64,000 nt of DNA from an uncultured Gammaproteobacteria bacterium (GTDB taxonomy: Bacteria > Pseudomonadota > Gammaproteobacteria > Pseudomonadales > Porticoccaceae): the NCBI GenBank assembly GCA_947084925.1, contig CAMTUJ010000016.1:3226-67225 (forward strand), read 5' to 3'. A program made the translations under genes and the position numbers. A model generated the notes under the pieces. The model saw only the letters and a list, made by a program, of their open reading frames with translations. It was not told the DNA's origin and searched no databases. Of this stretch, positions 28,914-38,204 are shown piece by piece; the stretch's first letter is position 1, and every line of letters begins with the position of its first letter.

Positions 28914-30002
28914 TCAGTTGTAAACCTTTTTACCATGGCGCACAAAGGGCGGCCGCACCACCCGCACCGGCGCCGGCCGACCGCGAATATCCACCACCGC
29001 TTCGCGCGCGCCGATGTCCGGAATACGCGCCAGCGCAATGGCGTGACCCAGGGTGGGGGAATAGGTACCGCTGGTGATGACGCCGACCTTCGGACTGCCC
29101 GCTACCCGCACCAACTGACCGGCCCGCAGCACGCCGGGTTTGGTCATCACCAGACCAGCCAGCGTCAGATAGCCACCGCGCTGGCGCAGTTCCTCGAGGG
29201 CGGTACGACCGATGAAATGCCGGGTTTGCGGCTCCCAGGCCAGGGTCCAGGCCATGTTGGCTTCGAGCGGGCTGACGTCCTCGTCCATCTCGTGGCTGTG
29301 GAGATTGAGTCCGGCCTCCAGACGCAGGGTATCCCGGGCGGCGAGCCCGGCGGGCCGCACACCCTGGGCCACCAGCGCGCGCCAGCAGTCCTCCGCCGCA
29401 TCCGCGGGCAGCATGATCTCGAAGCCGTCTTCGCCGGTATAACCGGTGCGCGCCACCAGCCAGTCATCGATCCGGCAGGAGCTGAAGGATGCCAGTGACG
29501 CCAGCGGCGCGGCCGCTTCGCCGAAGGCGCCCTGCATCGCCGCCAGCGCCGCCGGTCCCTGCACCGCGATGATGGCGCCATCGGTCTGTTCGCGCACTGT
29601 CGCACGCTGGCCGCTGGCCTGCCGGGTGATCCAGGGCAGCACGCGCTCGTGCGTGGCGCAGTTCAGCACCAGTCGGTAGCTGTCGTCCGCCAACGCATAG
29701 ACGATCAGATCGTCGATCACGCCGCCCTTCTCGTTCAGCATGGCGCTGTAGAGCGCCGCGCCCGGAGTCGCGAGACGAGCCACGTCGTTGGCCAGCAGGC
29801 GGCGCAGAAAATCCCGCGCCCCGCTGCCGCTCACGTCCACCGTGGTCATATGACTGACATCGAACAGGCCCGCCTGCTCGCGCACGCAGCGGTGCTCGAT
29901 CAGTTGCGAACCATAATGGAGTGGCATATCCCAGCCGGCGAAATCGACCATGCGGGCGCCGTGGCGGATATGGGTATCGTAAAGAGGGGTACGCCGGCCC
30001 AT
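28914..30002 (-). CDS. gcvT: Glycine cleavage system aminomethyltransferase T
   Basis: TPLYDTHIRHGARMVDFAGWDMPLHYGSQLIEH..VRE.AGLFDVSHM...TGYTGEDGFEI. Confidence 0.9.
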   Translation of the reverse strand: MGRRTPLYDTHIRHGARMVDFAGWDMPLHYGSQLIEHRCVREQAGLFDVSHMTTVDVSGSGARDFLRRLLANDVARLATPGAALYSAMLNEKGGVIDDLIVYALADDSYRLVLNCATHERVLPWITRQASGQRATVREQTDGAIIAVQGPAALAAMQGAFGEAAAPLASLASFSSCRIDDWLVARTGYTGEDGFEIMLPADAAEDCWRALVAQGVRPAGLAARDTLRLEAGLNLHSHEMDEDVSPLEANMAWTLAWEPQTRHFIGRTALEELRQRGGYLTLAGLVMTKPGVLRAGQLVRVAGSPKVGVITSGTYSPTLGHAIALARIPDIGAREAVVDIRGRPAPVRVVRPPFVRHGKKVYN

Positions 30003-30162
30003 GCTGCCTCCCGCGCGGAGTGGTGCATTCTAAACAGCGTCCCCTCCCGGGTCGAGACTGATCGCACATAGGGCCGCGAGCTATACTCCCCCGGCGTGGG
30101 CACGAACCTTCGCTCCAGCGCATTCGCCAAACCGGCGCAGGGCAACAACAGCGGAGACAGAC

Positions 30163-30951
30163 GTGGATCTCGGACTCGAAGGCAGGGTGGCGCTGGTGAC
30201 CGGCAGCAATCGCGGTACCGGTGCGATCATCGCGGAGCGGCTCGCCGCCGAAGGCGCTACCGTGATCGCTCACGGCTTCACGGCCGGCAGCGCCGACCAT
30301 CTGCTGGGGCAGGGCGTGGCGCACGCGGTGTGGGGCGATCTGTGCACCGACGCGGGCTGCGATCAGGTGGCGCGGGATGCCCTCGCGCTGACCGGGCGCG
30401 TCGATATTCTGGTGAACAACTATGGCACCGCCGAGGAAGCGCGCTGGGCCGACGCCGACACCGAAGTCTGGCTCGACATGTACCAGAAAAACCTGCTGTC
30501 GGCGGTGCGCCTTGCGCGCCTGCTCAGCCCCCGGATGCGCGCCCGCGGCTGGGGGCGGATCATCCAGCTCGGCACCATCGGCTCGACCCAGCCGAACGCG
30601 CTGCGGCCCGCGTATTACGCCGCCAAGAGCGCGCTGGCGAGCATCGCGGTGACGCTGTCGCAGGAGCTGGCCAATAGCGGCATCACCGTGAACACGGTAT
30701 CGCCGGGTTATATCCGCACCCCGGAAGTGGAAGCGGCGTTTCGCGCCAAGGCCGCGCGCGAAGGCTGGGGCGACGACTGGGCGACCATCGAGGCGCGCAT
30801 CGTCGCCCGGCGCTTCCCGAATCCCGTCGGCCGCATCGCCACCCGCGAGGAAGTGGCCGACCTGGTGTGCTTTGTCGCCAGCACCCGGGCCGCCTTCATC
30901 AACGGCCAGAACCTGCGCATCGACGGCGGCGCGCTGGGCCTGGTGCAATAG
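30163..30951 (+). CDS. SDR-family oxidoreductase
   Basis: GTG start. VALVTGSNRGTGAII is the TGxxxGxG motif and YYAAKSAL is YxxxK. IRIDGG is near the C-terminus. Confidence 0.8.
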   Translation: MDLGLEGRVALVTGSNRGTGAIIAERLAAEGATVIAHGFTAGSADHLLGQGVAHAVWGDLCTDAGCDQVARDALALTGRVDILVNNYGTAEEARWADADTEVWLDMYQKNLLSAVRLARLLSPRMRARGWGRIIQLGTIGSTQPNALRPAYYAAKSALASIAVTLSQELANSGITVNTVSPGYIRTPEVEAAFRAKAAREGWGDDWATIEARIVARRFPNPVGRIATREEVADLVCFVASTRAAFINGQNLRIDGGALGLVQ

Positions 30952-31046
30952 CCGACGCCGGGCGTATCACAAGCGCCGACCCTGCCGGGAGCGGACCAGT
31001 TCGGCTACAATGCCGGCCCATTCCAGCCTTTGATTCTCCCCACGCA

Positions 31047-32711
31047 ATGGCCCAATACGTCTATACCATGAACCGGGTGGGCAAGATCGTCCCGCCCAAG
31101 CGCGAAATCCTCAAGGATATTTCCCTGTCGTTTTTCCCCGGCGCCAAGATCGGCGTGCTGGGGCTGAACGGTTCCGGCAAATCCACCCTGCTGCGCATCA
31201 TGGCGGGCGTGGACACCGACATCGTCGGCGAGGCGCGGCCGATGCCGGGCCTCAAGATCGGCTACCTGTCGCAGGAGCCCCAGCTCGACGATGCCAAGGA
31301 TGTACGCGGCAATGTCGAAGACGGCGTGCATGAGGCGGCGGGTGCACTGCGGGAGCTGGATCAGGTGTTCGCCGCCTATGGCGAAGCGGACGCCGACTTC
31401 GATGCGCTGGCCAAGCGCCAGAGCGAGCTCGAAGACATCATCCAGGCCTGGGACGCCCACAATCTGAACCACACCCTGGATGTCGCCGCCGACGCCCTGC
31501 GGCTGCCGCCCTGGGACGCGGACGTTGCCCGCCTCTCGGGCGGCGAGCGCCGTCGCGTCGCGCTGTGCAAGCTGCTGCTGTCGCGCCCCGACATGCTGCT
31601 GCTGGACGAACCTACCAACCACTTGGATGCCGAATCCGTGTTCTGGCTGGAGCAGTTCCTGCACAATTTTTCCGGCACCGTGGTCGCGGTCACCCACGAC
31701 CGCTACTTCCTCGACAATGTCGCGGGCTGGATTCTGGAACTCGACCGCGGCCGCGGCATTCCCTACGAGGGCAATTACAGCACCTGGCTGGAAGCCAAGG
31801 AAAAACGTCTGGCGCAGGAGCAGCGCACCGAAGAGAGCCACCGCAAGGCCCTCAAGGAAGAGCTGGAGTGGGTGCGCAAGAATCCCAAGGCGCGCCAGGC
31901 CAAGAACAAGGCGCGCCTGCAACGCTTCGATGAGCTCAGCAGCCAGGAATTCCAGGCCCGCAACGAAACCAATGAAATCTATATCCCGCCCGGACCGCGG
32001 CTGGGCGACAAGGTGATCCAGCTCGAAGGCGTCTGCAAAGGCTTTGGCGACCACCTGCTGATCGACAATCTGAACCTGAACATTCCCAAAGGGGCCGTGG
32101 TCGGCATCATCGGCGGCAACGGTGCGGGTAAATCCACCCTGTTCCGGATGATTGCCGGCAGCGAGCAACCCGACGCCGGCCGGGTCGTCCTCGGCGAAAC
32201 GGTGCAACTCGCCTTCGTCGAACAGAGCCGCGCATCGCTCGACGACAGCAAGACGGTGTGGGAAGCCATCTCGGGCGGTCAGGACATTCTGCGCATCGGC
32301 ACCTACGAGGTGGGTTCGCGTTCCTATGTGGGCCGTTTCAACTTCAAGGGCAGCGACCAGCAGAAACGCGTCGGCGATCTTTCCGGCGGCGAGCGCGGCC
32401 GCCTGCATCTGGCCAATACGCTCAAACAGGGCGCCAACGTGCTGCTCCTGGATGAACCCTCCAACGATCTGGATCTGGAAACCCTGCGCGCGCTGGAAGA
32501 AGCGATTCTGGCGTTTCCCGGCTGCGCCCTGGTGATCTCCCACGACCGCTGGTTTCTCGACCGCATCGCGACCCACATTCTGGCGTTCGAAGGCAACAGC
32601 GAGGTGGTGTTCCACGCGGGCAACTACAGCGATTACCACGAGGATTTGCTGGCCCGCAAAGGTGCGGAAGCACAACCACAGCGCGTCCGCTACAAACCGC
32701 TGAAAACCTGA
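31047..32711 (+). CDS. ettA: Energy-dependent translational throttle protein EttA (ABC-F ATPase)
   Basis: MAQYVYTMNRVGKIVPPKREILKDISLSFFPGAKIGVLGLNGSGKSTLLRIMAG. Two ABC cassettes are present (LSGGERRRVAL, LSGGERGRLHL). The 554-aa length matches EttA. The start was moved to the ATG at 31047. Confidence 0.9.
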   Translation: MAQYVYTMNRVGKIVPPKREILKDISLSFFPGAKIGVLGLNGSGKSTLLRIMAGVDTDIVGEARPMPGLKIGYLSQEPQLDDAKDVRGNVEDGVHEAAGALRELDQVFAAYGEADADFDALAKRQSELEDIIQAWDAHNLNHTLDVAADALRLPPWDADVARLSGGERRRVALCKLLLSRPDMLLLDEPTNHLDAESVFWLEQFLHNFSGTVVAVTHDRYFLDNVAGWILELDRGRGIPYEGNYSTWLEAKEKRLAQEQRTEESHRKALKEELEWVRKNPKARQAKNKARLQRFDELSSQEFQARNETNEIYIPPGPRLGDKVIQLEGVCKGFGDHLLIDNLNLNIPKGAVVGIIGGNGAGKSTLFRMIAGSEQPDAGRVVLGETVQLAFVEQSRASLDDSKTVWEAISGGQDILRIGTYEVGSRSYVGRFNFKGSDQQKRVGDLSGGERGRLHLANTLKQGANVLLLDEPSNDLDLETLRALEEAILAFPGCALVISHDRWFLDRIATHILAFEGNSEVVFHAGNYSDYHEDLLARKGAEAQPQRVRYKPLKT

Positions 32712-32747
32712 CCAGCGCAATCCCAGGGGCCCCGCCGATGGCGGGGC

Positions 32748-33338
32748 ATGCCGGATGCAGGAGACGACTTCGTGATCGACACCACTTTTCTCGCCGTCGG
32801 CGCATTGATGCTGCTGTCGGGATATGCCGTGATGGGCCGCGGCAACCTGGTGCGCATGCAACACCAGGTCACCCAGGCATGGGAACTCATCAGGACACCA
32901 CTCAAGCAACGGGACGCGGCGCTGAGCGAGCTGGAGACCTTGTGTCGCGCGTCAGTCCCGCAGGAACCCGCGACATTGGAGCGGATCGCGGCGGCGCGAA
33001 CGCAGGTCGCGCGTGCCCATGAGGCGTTTGATCCGGTCGCATTTGGAGCCGCGGAAACCGAACTGCGCAACGCGATCAGCGGACTGTTCGCAGCGGCAAA
33101 AAAAACCGGTCTGGATACCGATTCGCTGTTGCAGCAACCGTTGTTGCAGCTCGGCGCCTGCGAAACAGGCATCGCGGATCGCTGCCAGGTCTACAACGCG
33201 GCGGTTGATTTCCTCAATGTCCGGATCAGGCACTTCCCCTACCTGCTGCTGGCCCGGCCACTGGGGTTTCACGCGTTCGACCGCCTGGACCCGACCGTCT
33301 GGAAAGCGACCGCTACCGGCGGTAAGGTGTCGCGGTAA
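32748..33338 (+). CDS. LemA-family membrane protein
   Basis: An N-terminal TM helix is followed by GNLVRMQHQVTQAWELIRTPLKQRD... and ...YNAAVDFLNVRIRHFP, the LemA pattern. Confidence 0.65.
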   Translation: MPDAGDDFVIDTTFLAVGALMLLSGYAVMGRGNLVRMQHQVTQAWELIRTPLKQRDAALSELETLCRASVPQEPATLERIAAARTQVARAHEAFDPVAFGAAETELRNAISGLFAAAKKTGLDTDSLLQQPLLQLGACETGIADRCQVYNAAVDFLNVRIRHFPYLLLARPLGFHAFDRLDPTVWKATATGGKVSR

Positions 33339-33466
33339 TCCTGTTTCGTGTAACTGGTTTCGTATAAGTGGGCTTCAGAGCAACCATGGCGTTGCCGATA
33401 ATCTTCCGCTCACCAACTTTGGATGCGCCAATCGTCGCGTACCGGCGCCAATTTCGGGATTTTGCC

Positions 33467-34468
33467 ATGTCCTGGTTCAGCCGCCCGTTGTGGGCGACGT
33501 TGCTTCTCGGCGTGCTGGTGGTCGAAGCACCCGCGTACGCGGACACTTTCCTCCTCACGCCTGCGGATACGCGGCTGGTGGGGAAGGTGCGCTACATCAA
33601 ATCGCGGACCGAAGATACGCTGGTCGATCTCGCTCTGCTGCACGGCCAGGGCTACGACGAAATGCGCAGCGCAAACCCGGACGTTGACGCCTGGCTTCCC
33701 GGACAGGGCACCCAGATCACGATTCCCTCCCAATATCTCCTGCCCGATGCGGCGCGGGAAGGCATCATCGTGAATCTGGCGGAAATGCGCCTGTTTTACT
33801 ATCCCGAACCCGGTGTCGGCATCCCGCCATCCGTCATCACCTATCCGATAGGAATTGGGCGCGACGACTGGCCCTCACCCACCGGGGCAACCAAAATAGT
33901 CCAGAAAGTAGCCCAACCCGCCTGGTATCCGCCGGCCTCGATCCGCGCGGAACATGCCGCCCAGGGCCGCCCGCTGCCCGCGTACGTGCCACCCGGACCT
34001 GACAACCCGTTGGGCCAGTACGCCATGCGCCTGGGCATCTCGGGCTATCTCCTGCACGGAACCAACAAGCGTTACGGCGTGGGCATGCGGGTATCCCACG
34101 GCTGCATCCGGCTGTATCCGGCGGACATCGAGGCATTGTTCGCCCAGGTGCCCAACGGTACCCGGGTGGAGCTGATCGATCAGCCCTACAAAGCCGCCGT
34201 CCAGAACGGACGTCTCTATGTCGAAGTCCACCAGCGATACACCGAGAATGGCGCGGTACAGGGCGACTTCACTGCCTTGCTGGAAGTGGTTCACCGGACC
34301 CTGGCCGAGCAATCCAACCTGCTGGCGGGAAGGCCAAATCTGGCGCAACTCCCCGCCATTTATGCCCGCGCAAGCGGGATGCCGGTCGCGCTTGAGGTCA
34401 TCGGTGAGAGTCGGCCTGCCGCTGGCAGCCATCGCCGCACGCAGGCAGACGGGGCCGGGGCGCGGTAA
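33467..34468 (+). CDS. L,D-transpeptidase (YkuD/ErfK family), secreted
   Basis: Signal peptide MSWFSRPLWATLLLGVLVVEAPAYA. The catalytic motif is LLHGTNKRYGVGMRVSHGCIRLYPADIEALF. The start was moved to the ATG at 33467. Confidence 0.85.
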   Translation: MSWFSRPLWATLLLGVLVVEAPAYADTFLLTPADTRLVGKVRYIKSRTEDTLVDLALLHGQGYDEMRSANPDVDAWLPGQGTQITIPSQYLLPDAAREGIIVNLAEMRLFYYPEPGVGIPPSVITYPIGIGRDDWPSPTGATKIVQKVAQPAWYPPASIRAEHAAQGRPLPAYVPPGPDNPLGQYAMRLGISGYLLHGTNKRYGVGMRVSHGCIRLYPADIEALFAQVPNGTRVELIDQPYKAAVQNGRLYVEVHQRYTENGAVQGDFTALLEVVHRTLAEQSNLLAGRPNLAQLPAIYARASGMPVALEVIGESRPAAGSHRRTQADGAGAR

Positions 34469-34494
34469 TCACCGCAACCCCGAGCAGACAGGCG

Positions 34495-34530
34495 AAAAAA
34501 AGGCCGGCCCGGTACGCCCGGGCTCGGCCT
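34495..34530 (-). terminator. Rho-independent terminator of the lpp-like gene
   Basis: The minus strand reads AGGCCGAGCCCGGGCGTACCGGGCCGGCCT followed by TTTTTTT. The stem is about 12 bp with one bulge, at 34502-34530, and the U-tract is at 34495-34501. Confidence 0.8.
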
Positions 34531-34573
34531 GTGCCACACGACCGGCCCGCCAGGGGGCCGCGTCGCGGGAAGA

Positions 34574-34861
34574 TCACTTGCGCTGTGAGCGCTCGAATAC
34601 GCGATCCAGCTTGCTTTGAACTTCGTTGCAGCACGCTTGCGACTTGTCAGCCTTGGCGGATGCTGCGTCTGCGGCGGATTTTGCAGCTGAGGCAGTTTGC
34701 TGTGCTGAACTTGCGGTCTGCTTGGCTTCCTGAGCAGTGCGCAGCGCTTCGTCTGCCGTGCTCTGGGCCTTCTGGACGCTTGAGTTGGATGCGCAACCTG
34801 CGGCCAGAGCCACAACAGCTGCCAGAGCCAGTACTTTTATTCCCTTGCTTTGCTGAAGCAT
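34574..34861 (-). CDS. lpp: Lpp-like (Braun-type) outer-membrane lipoprotein with alanine-zipper and C-terminal Lys
   Basis: Lipobox LAAGC|ASN, an A/Q/S/K-rich helical repeat (AKQTASSAQQTASAAKSAADAASAKADK) and a C-terminal ...RSQRK. Confidence 0.7.
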   Translation of the reverse strand: MLQQSKGIKVLALAAVVALAAGCASNSSVQKAQSTADEALRTAQEAKQTASSAQQTASAAKSAADAASAKADKSQACCNEVQSKLDRVFERSQRK

Positions 34862-35064
34862 GGTAAATCCCCTTGATGGAATGATCGGTTTGGCACACTA
34901 ACGAAACAGTGGTGTCGCATCGCCCCCGATTGCCCGGCACCGCCCAACCCGCAGACAGCGCTCAAACCCCAGGCACCACGACCACCGGCGGAACCATACC
35001 AAATTCAGACCAAAAACGCAGCCGATATGTATCAAGTTCTTATGCAAATGCCGGTAGCGAGTAC

Positions 35065-36033
35065 TCAACGTCGAGCGGGGGCGGCAACTGGCGCCGTTTC
35101 CGGCGGTGCGGGCGAAACCGCATGCAGCGGGCGAACCCAAAAATCCAGGCCGCGCGGTGCCCCGCTGCGATGCCAGGCCTCGCGCGCGGCCTTTACGCTG
35201 TCAAAACGCCCGAAAGTGACCAAAGCGTGGTACGGACCCTGAGGTTCGTGCCGCAGGATCAAGTCCGGCAGCTCGCCGAGGTTGTGCTGGGCAATGTAAG
35301 CGCGGGCAGCACCCTCACTTTTGAAGGCGCCGATCTGCACCGTGTAGGTACGCCGATCGCTGACGCCCGGCTGATCCGATCCCGAAACCGGGCCGGGCGC
35401 CGGAACTGACTGTTTTGGGGCGGACATGGCGGCGACGGCGAGCACGTTTTCGGACTCCTGCGCCAACTCGCGGGCATCTCCCTTCCGTTCCGCTATCGCT
35501 TTCACGTCCGCTGCCGCCTTTTCCCAGCGCGCCAATACCGGCTCCGGCTCGGGAGGCGGTTTCCGCGGTTCCGGATTTGAGGCCTTCGCCGTGGGCACCG
35601 GCGGGATGTCCACACCACCAGCCGACAGTGCCGGCAGGCCTGCGCTCCAGCGATTGGTTGCGCCCACACCCTTGTCTGTGCCGGCACTGTCGTGCATGAA
35701 CGCCGCTTGAGGCGCCGTCTCGGCGGTGTTCCTCGTCGCGCTGCGCGGATCATCCGCAACGGTCGCGGTTCCGACCGCGCCGCCACGCGCAACCTGACGC
35801 GGCGCGTCGGCAGGGTTGGCTTGCCGAGCCGCCGCTCCCTGCGCCGCGGGCGCTCCATTGCGCTTACTCTGGTTGCAGGTCCAGTCGCGCCCATCCGGTG
35901 TTCGCTCGCAGAACCAGCTTTCCCGATCACTTTGTGACGACGATGTTGCGCAGCCGGCAGAGCAAATCATGAGCGCGCCCATCAGGATTCCGCGGGGCAA
36001 CGCCCAACCGCTACGCTGTGATCGCCCAGGCAT
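35065..36033 (-). CDS. SPOR-domain lipoprotein (peptidoglycan-binding)
   Basis: The C-terminal YTVQIGAFKSEGAARAYIAQHNL...ALVTFGRFDSVKAAREAW is a SPOR domain. The likely start region MPGRSQRSGWALPRGILMGALMICSAGC has a lipobox. The start is ambiguous (36033 or 35982); the 504-aa track ORF is over-extended. Confidence 0.7.
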   Translation of the reverse strand: MPGRSQRSGWALPRGILMGALMICSAGCATSSSQSDRESWFCERTPDGRDWTCNQSKRNGAPAAQGAAARQANPADAPRQVARGGAVGTATVADDPRSATRNTAETAPQAAFMHDSAGTDKGVGATNRWSAGLPALSAGGVDIPPVPTAKASNPEPRKPPPEPEPVLARWEKAAADVKAIAERKGDARELAQESENVLAVAAMSAPKQSVPAPGPVSGSDQPGVSDRRTYTVQIGAFKSEGAARAYIAQHNLGELPDLILRHEPQGPYHALVTFGRFDSVKAAREAWHRSGAPRGLDFWVRPLHAVSPAPPETAPVAAPARR

Positions 36034-36044
36034 GGCCGCAGTGT

Positions 36045-36323
36045 TCAAATACCGAGGTCGGCGAGCGCATCGACGACCCGGCGAATGGCGGCGGCGATGC
36101 TCGGGTGATCGGACTCGAACACACCCACCTGGGCTTCGAGCCGCGCGCGCAGCTTTCCCCGCCCCGCGTTCAGGGGTTCGGCGGTAAGGGTGGTGACGTC
36201 GTGGACCACGTGACTCACGAGCGTCAGCAGATCGGGATCTGCCGCGCTGGCGCGCGCAAGCTCCTCCTGCAGGGCAGCCAACTCTTCGGCGAGGGATTTC
36301 TGCATATCTAAGGCTCCGACCAT
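36045..36323 (-). CDS. DUF4404-family small protein
   Basis: LAEELAALQEELARA...LEAQVGVFESDHPSIAAAIRRVVDALADLGI matches my recollection of DUF4404. An alternative start is at 36305. Confidence 0.55.
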   Translation of the reverse strand: MVGALDMQKSLAEELAALQEELARASAADPDLLTLVSHVVHDVTTLTAEPLNAGRGKLRARLEAQVGVFESDHPSIAAAIRRVVDALADLGI

Positions 36324-36692
36324 GCGTTATTGGGATTTCGGGGATGGCTTGAACAAGTGCCGCGGGGAACCCGGGAGAACGCCATTTTTTGATTCGGTTT
36401 TGGCATGCGTGCCGTACCCGAAAAAAAAACCGACTGCTCCGCGCATCCGTCGGCTTGAGCCACCTCCGGACAACCATCGTACCCGCCCGGGCAAGCCTCC
36501 GGAACGCTTTGATGTTCCCGGATCCCCGCCGGCACGGGGACGACGATGCCGTGATGATGCCAAGCATCCATGTGCTCACCGGATGCTACTTTATGCCAGA
36601 CCCGGCGGATAGCACAGGAGCGGTTGATCCGCCGGGGGGCGCGTCACCACCGCGCACCACAATAATGCGCCACTCAGGCGCCCGCATTATGT

Positions 36693-36707
36693 TGGCGCAA
36701 TATTTGC
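36693..36707 (+). promoter_or_regulatory. Sigma54 (-24/-12) type promoter upstream of amtB
   Basis: TGGCGCAATATTTGC has exact GG-N10-GC spacing against the consensus TGGCAC-N5-TTGC. It lies 114 nt upstream of the amtB ATG. Nitrogen-regulated amtB genes are commonly sigma54/NtrC dependent. Confidence 0.55.
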
Positions 36708-36820
36708 CCCGCAAATGGAGTAGCTCCAGATTTCCCGAAAACATGCCCACAAATGGGGCTATATCATCCTTGCTTCAATAATTACGCACCGTTTTTGAGC
36801 ATATTTTCCGCGAGACATCT

Positions 36821-38146
36821 ATGTTGCCTGCACCGAAAAACCCCGTTGGACCACCCCCCGCTGCGCTCCTTCTCCTGACGCCACTGCTGGCACTGCCAAC
36901 TTCCGGACACGCGGATACCCTGAGCAGCGCGGACACCGCCTGGATGCTGACCGCCACCGCGCTCGTGCTGTTCATGACCATCCCCGGACTGTCGCTGTTT
37001 TACAGCGGCCTGGTGCGCACCAAAAATGTGCTTTCGGTGGCCATGCAATGCTTCGCGATTACCTGCGGCGCCTCGGTTATCTGGCTGCTGGTCGGCTACA
37101 GCCTCGCTTTCAGCGACGGCGGCGGCGCCAACGCCTGGATCGGGGGCCTGGACCGGGCGCTGTTCCTGGGTATCGGCGTGGATTCCGTCAAGGGCAGTAT
37201 TCCGGAATCACTCTTCGCGCTCTTTCAAATGACCTTTGCCATCATCACTCCGGCACTGATCGTCGGCGGCTTTGCCGAACGCATGCGCTTTTCGGCCATG
37301 CTGATTTTCAGTCTGGCCTGGTTGCTGCTGGTGTATATCCCGGTTTGCCACTGGGTCTGGGGCGGCGGCTGGCTGGCCCAAATGGGCCTGCTCGATTTCG
37401 CCGGCGGCACGGTGGTCCACATCACGGCCGGCGTCGCCGCCCTGGTTGCCGCCATGGTGCTGGGCCCCCGCAAGGGTTTCGGCACCCATAGCATGTCGCC
37501 CCACAACCTGACGCTCACCGTCGCCGGCGCCGGGATGCTGTGGGTGGGCTGGTTCGGCTTCAACGGGGGTTCCGCGCTCGCCGCCAACGGCAGCGCCAGC
37601 ATGGCGATTCTGGTGACGCACATCTCGGCCTCCGCCGGCGCCCTCGCCTGGATGGGAATGGAGTGGCTGCGCCACGGCAAACCCTCGGTGCTCGGCATCG
37701 TCACCGGCATGGTGGCGGGGCTCGGCACCATCACGCCGGCGTCTGGTTATGTGGGCCCGGGCGCGGCGCTGCTGATCGGGCTCGGGGCCGGCGTGCTCTG
37801 CTATTTCGCCACCCAGACCATCAAACAGGTGTTGCGGATAGACGATTCGCTGGATGTGTTCCCGGTCCACGGCGTGGGCGGAATACTCGGCACCCTGCTG
37901 GCCGGCGTCTTCGCGTCCGACCAGTTGGGTGTGTTCAGCGGCAGGGGCTATGCCGCAGGCATGACGATGGGCACTCAGGTGGGCGTTCAATTAGTGGGGA
38001 TCGCCGCTACCCTGATATTCACTGCGGTCGTGACCTTCGCATTGCTCAAGGTTCTGGATCTCACCCTGGGCTTGCGCGTAACCACTGACCAGGAGACCGA
38101 GGGCCTCGACCTCACCCAGCACGACGAGCGCGGTTACGATCTCTGA
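36821..38146 (+). CDS. amtB: Ammonium transporter
   Basis: Signal peptide, then ADTAWMLTATALVLFMTIPGLSLFYSGLVR...FAGGTVVHITAG...DDSLDVFPVHGVGG. Confidence 0.9.
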   Translation: MLPAPKNPVGPPPAALLLLTPLLALPTSGHADTLSSADTAWMLTATALVLFMTIPGLSLFYSGLVRTKNVLSVAMQCFAITCGASVIWLLVGYSLAFSDGGGANAWIGGLDRALFLGIGVDSVKGSIPESLFALFQMTFAIITPALIVGGFAERMRFSAMLIFSLAWLLLVYIPVCHWVWGGGWLAQMGLLDFAGGTVVHITAGVAALVAAMVLGPRKGFGTHSMSPHNLTLTVAGAGMLWVGWFGFNGGSALAANGSASMAILVTHISASAGALAWMGMEWLRHGKPSVLGIVTGMVAGLGTITPASGYVGPGAALLIGLGAGVLCYFATQTIKQVLRIDDSLDVFPVHGVGGILGTLLAGVFASDQLGVFSGRGYAAGMTMGTQVGVQLVGIAATLIFTAVVTFALLKVLDLTLGLRVTTDQETEGLDLTQHDERGYDL

Positions 38147-38204
38147 TTCCCGCCCCGGATCACCGCCATGGCCGGAACAACGGTGATGGCGGTGGCCGAA
38201 TCCT

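Noticed and set aside
30003-30162. Possible glycine riboswitch in the gcvT leader (minus strand). It contains GGAGCG...CGCCGGGGGAG...TCTCGACCCGGGAGGGGAC, loosely reminiscent of GGAGAG...CGCCGAAGGAGCAA...CTCAGGCAAAAGGAC.
   Set aside because: The most conserved nucleotides of the aptamer (GAAGG-GCAA, CAGGCAAAAGGAC) are not matched. The 160-nt spacer also has to hold the divergent SDR promoter. An Infernal scan with RF00504 would settle it.
36431-36560. Possible SRP (4.5S) RNA, because of GTCCGGAGGTGGCTCAAGCC on the minus strand resembling GUCCGGAAGGAAGCAGCC.
   Set aside because: The GGAA tetraloop and the flanking symmetric-loop nucleotides are absent, and the motif occurs twice as a simple CCTCCGGA repeat. 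The similarity is not convincing.
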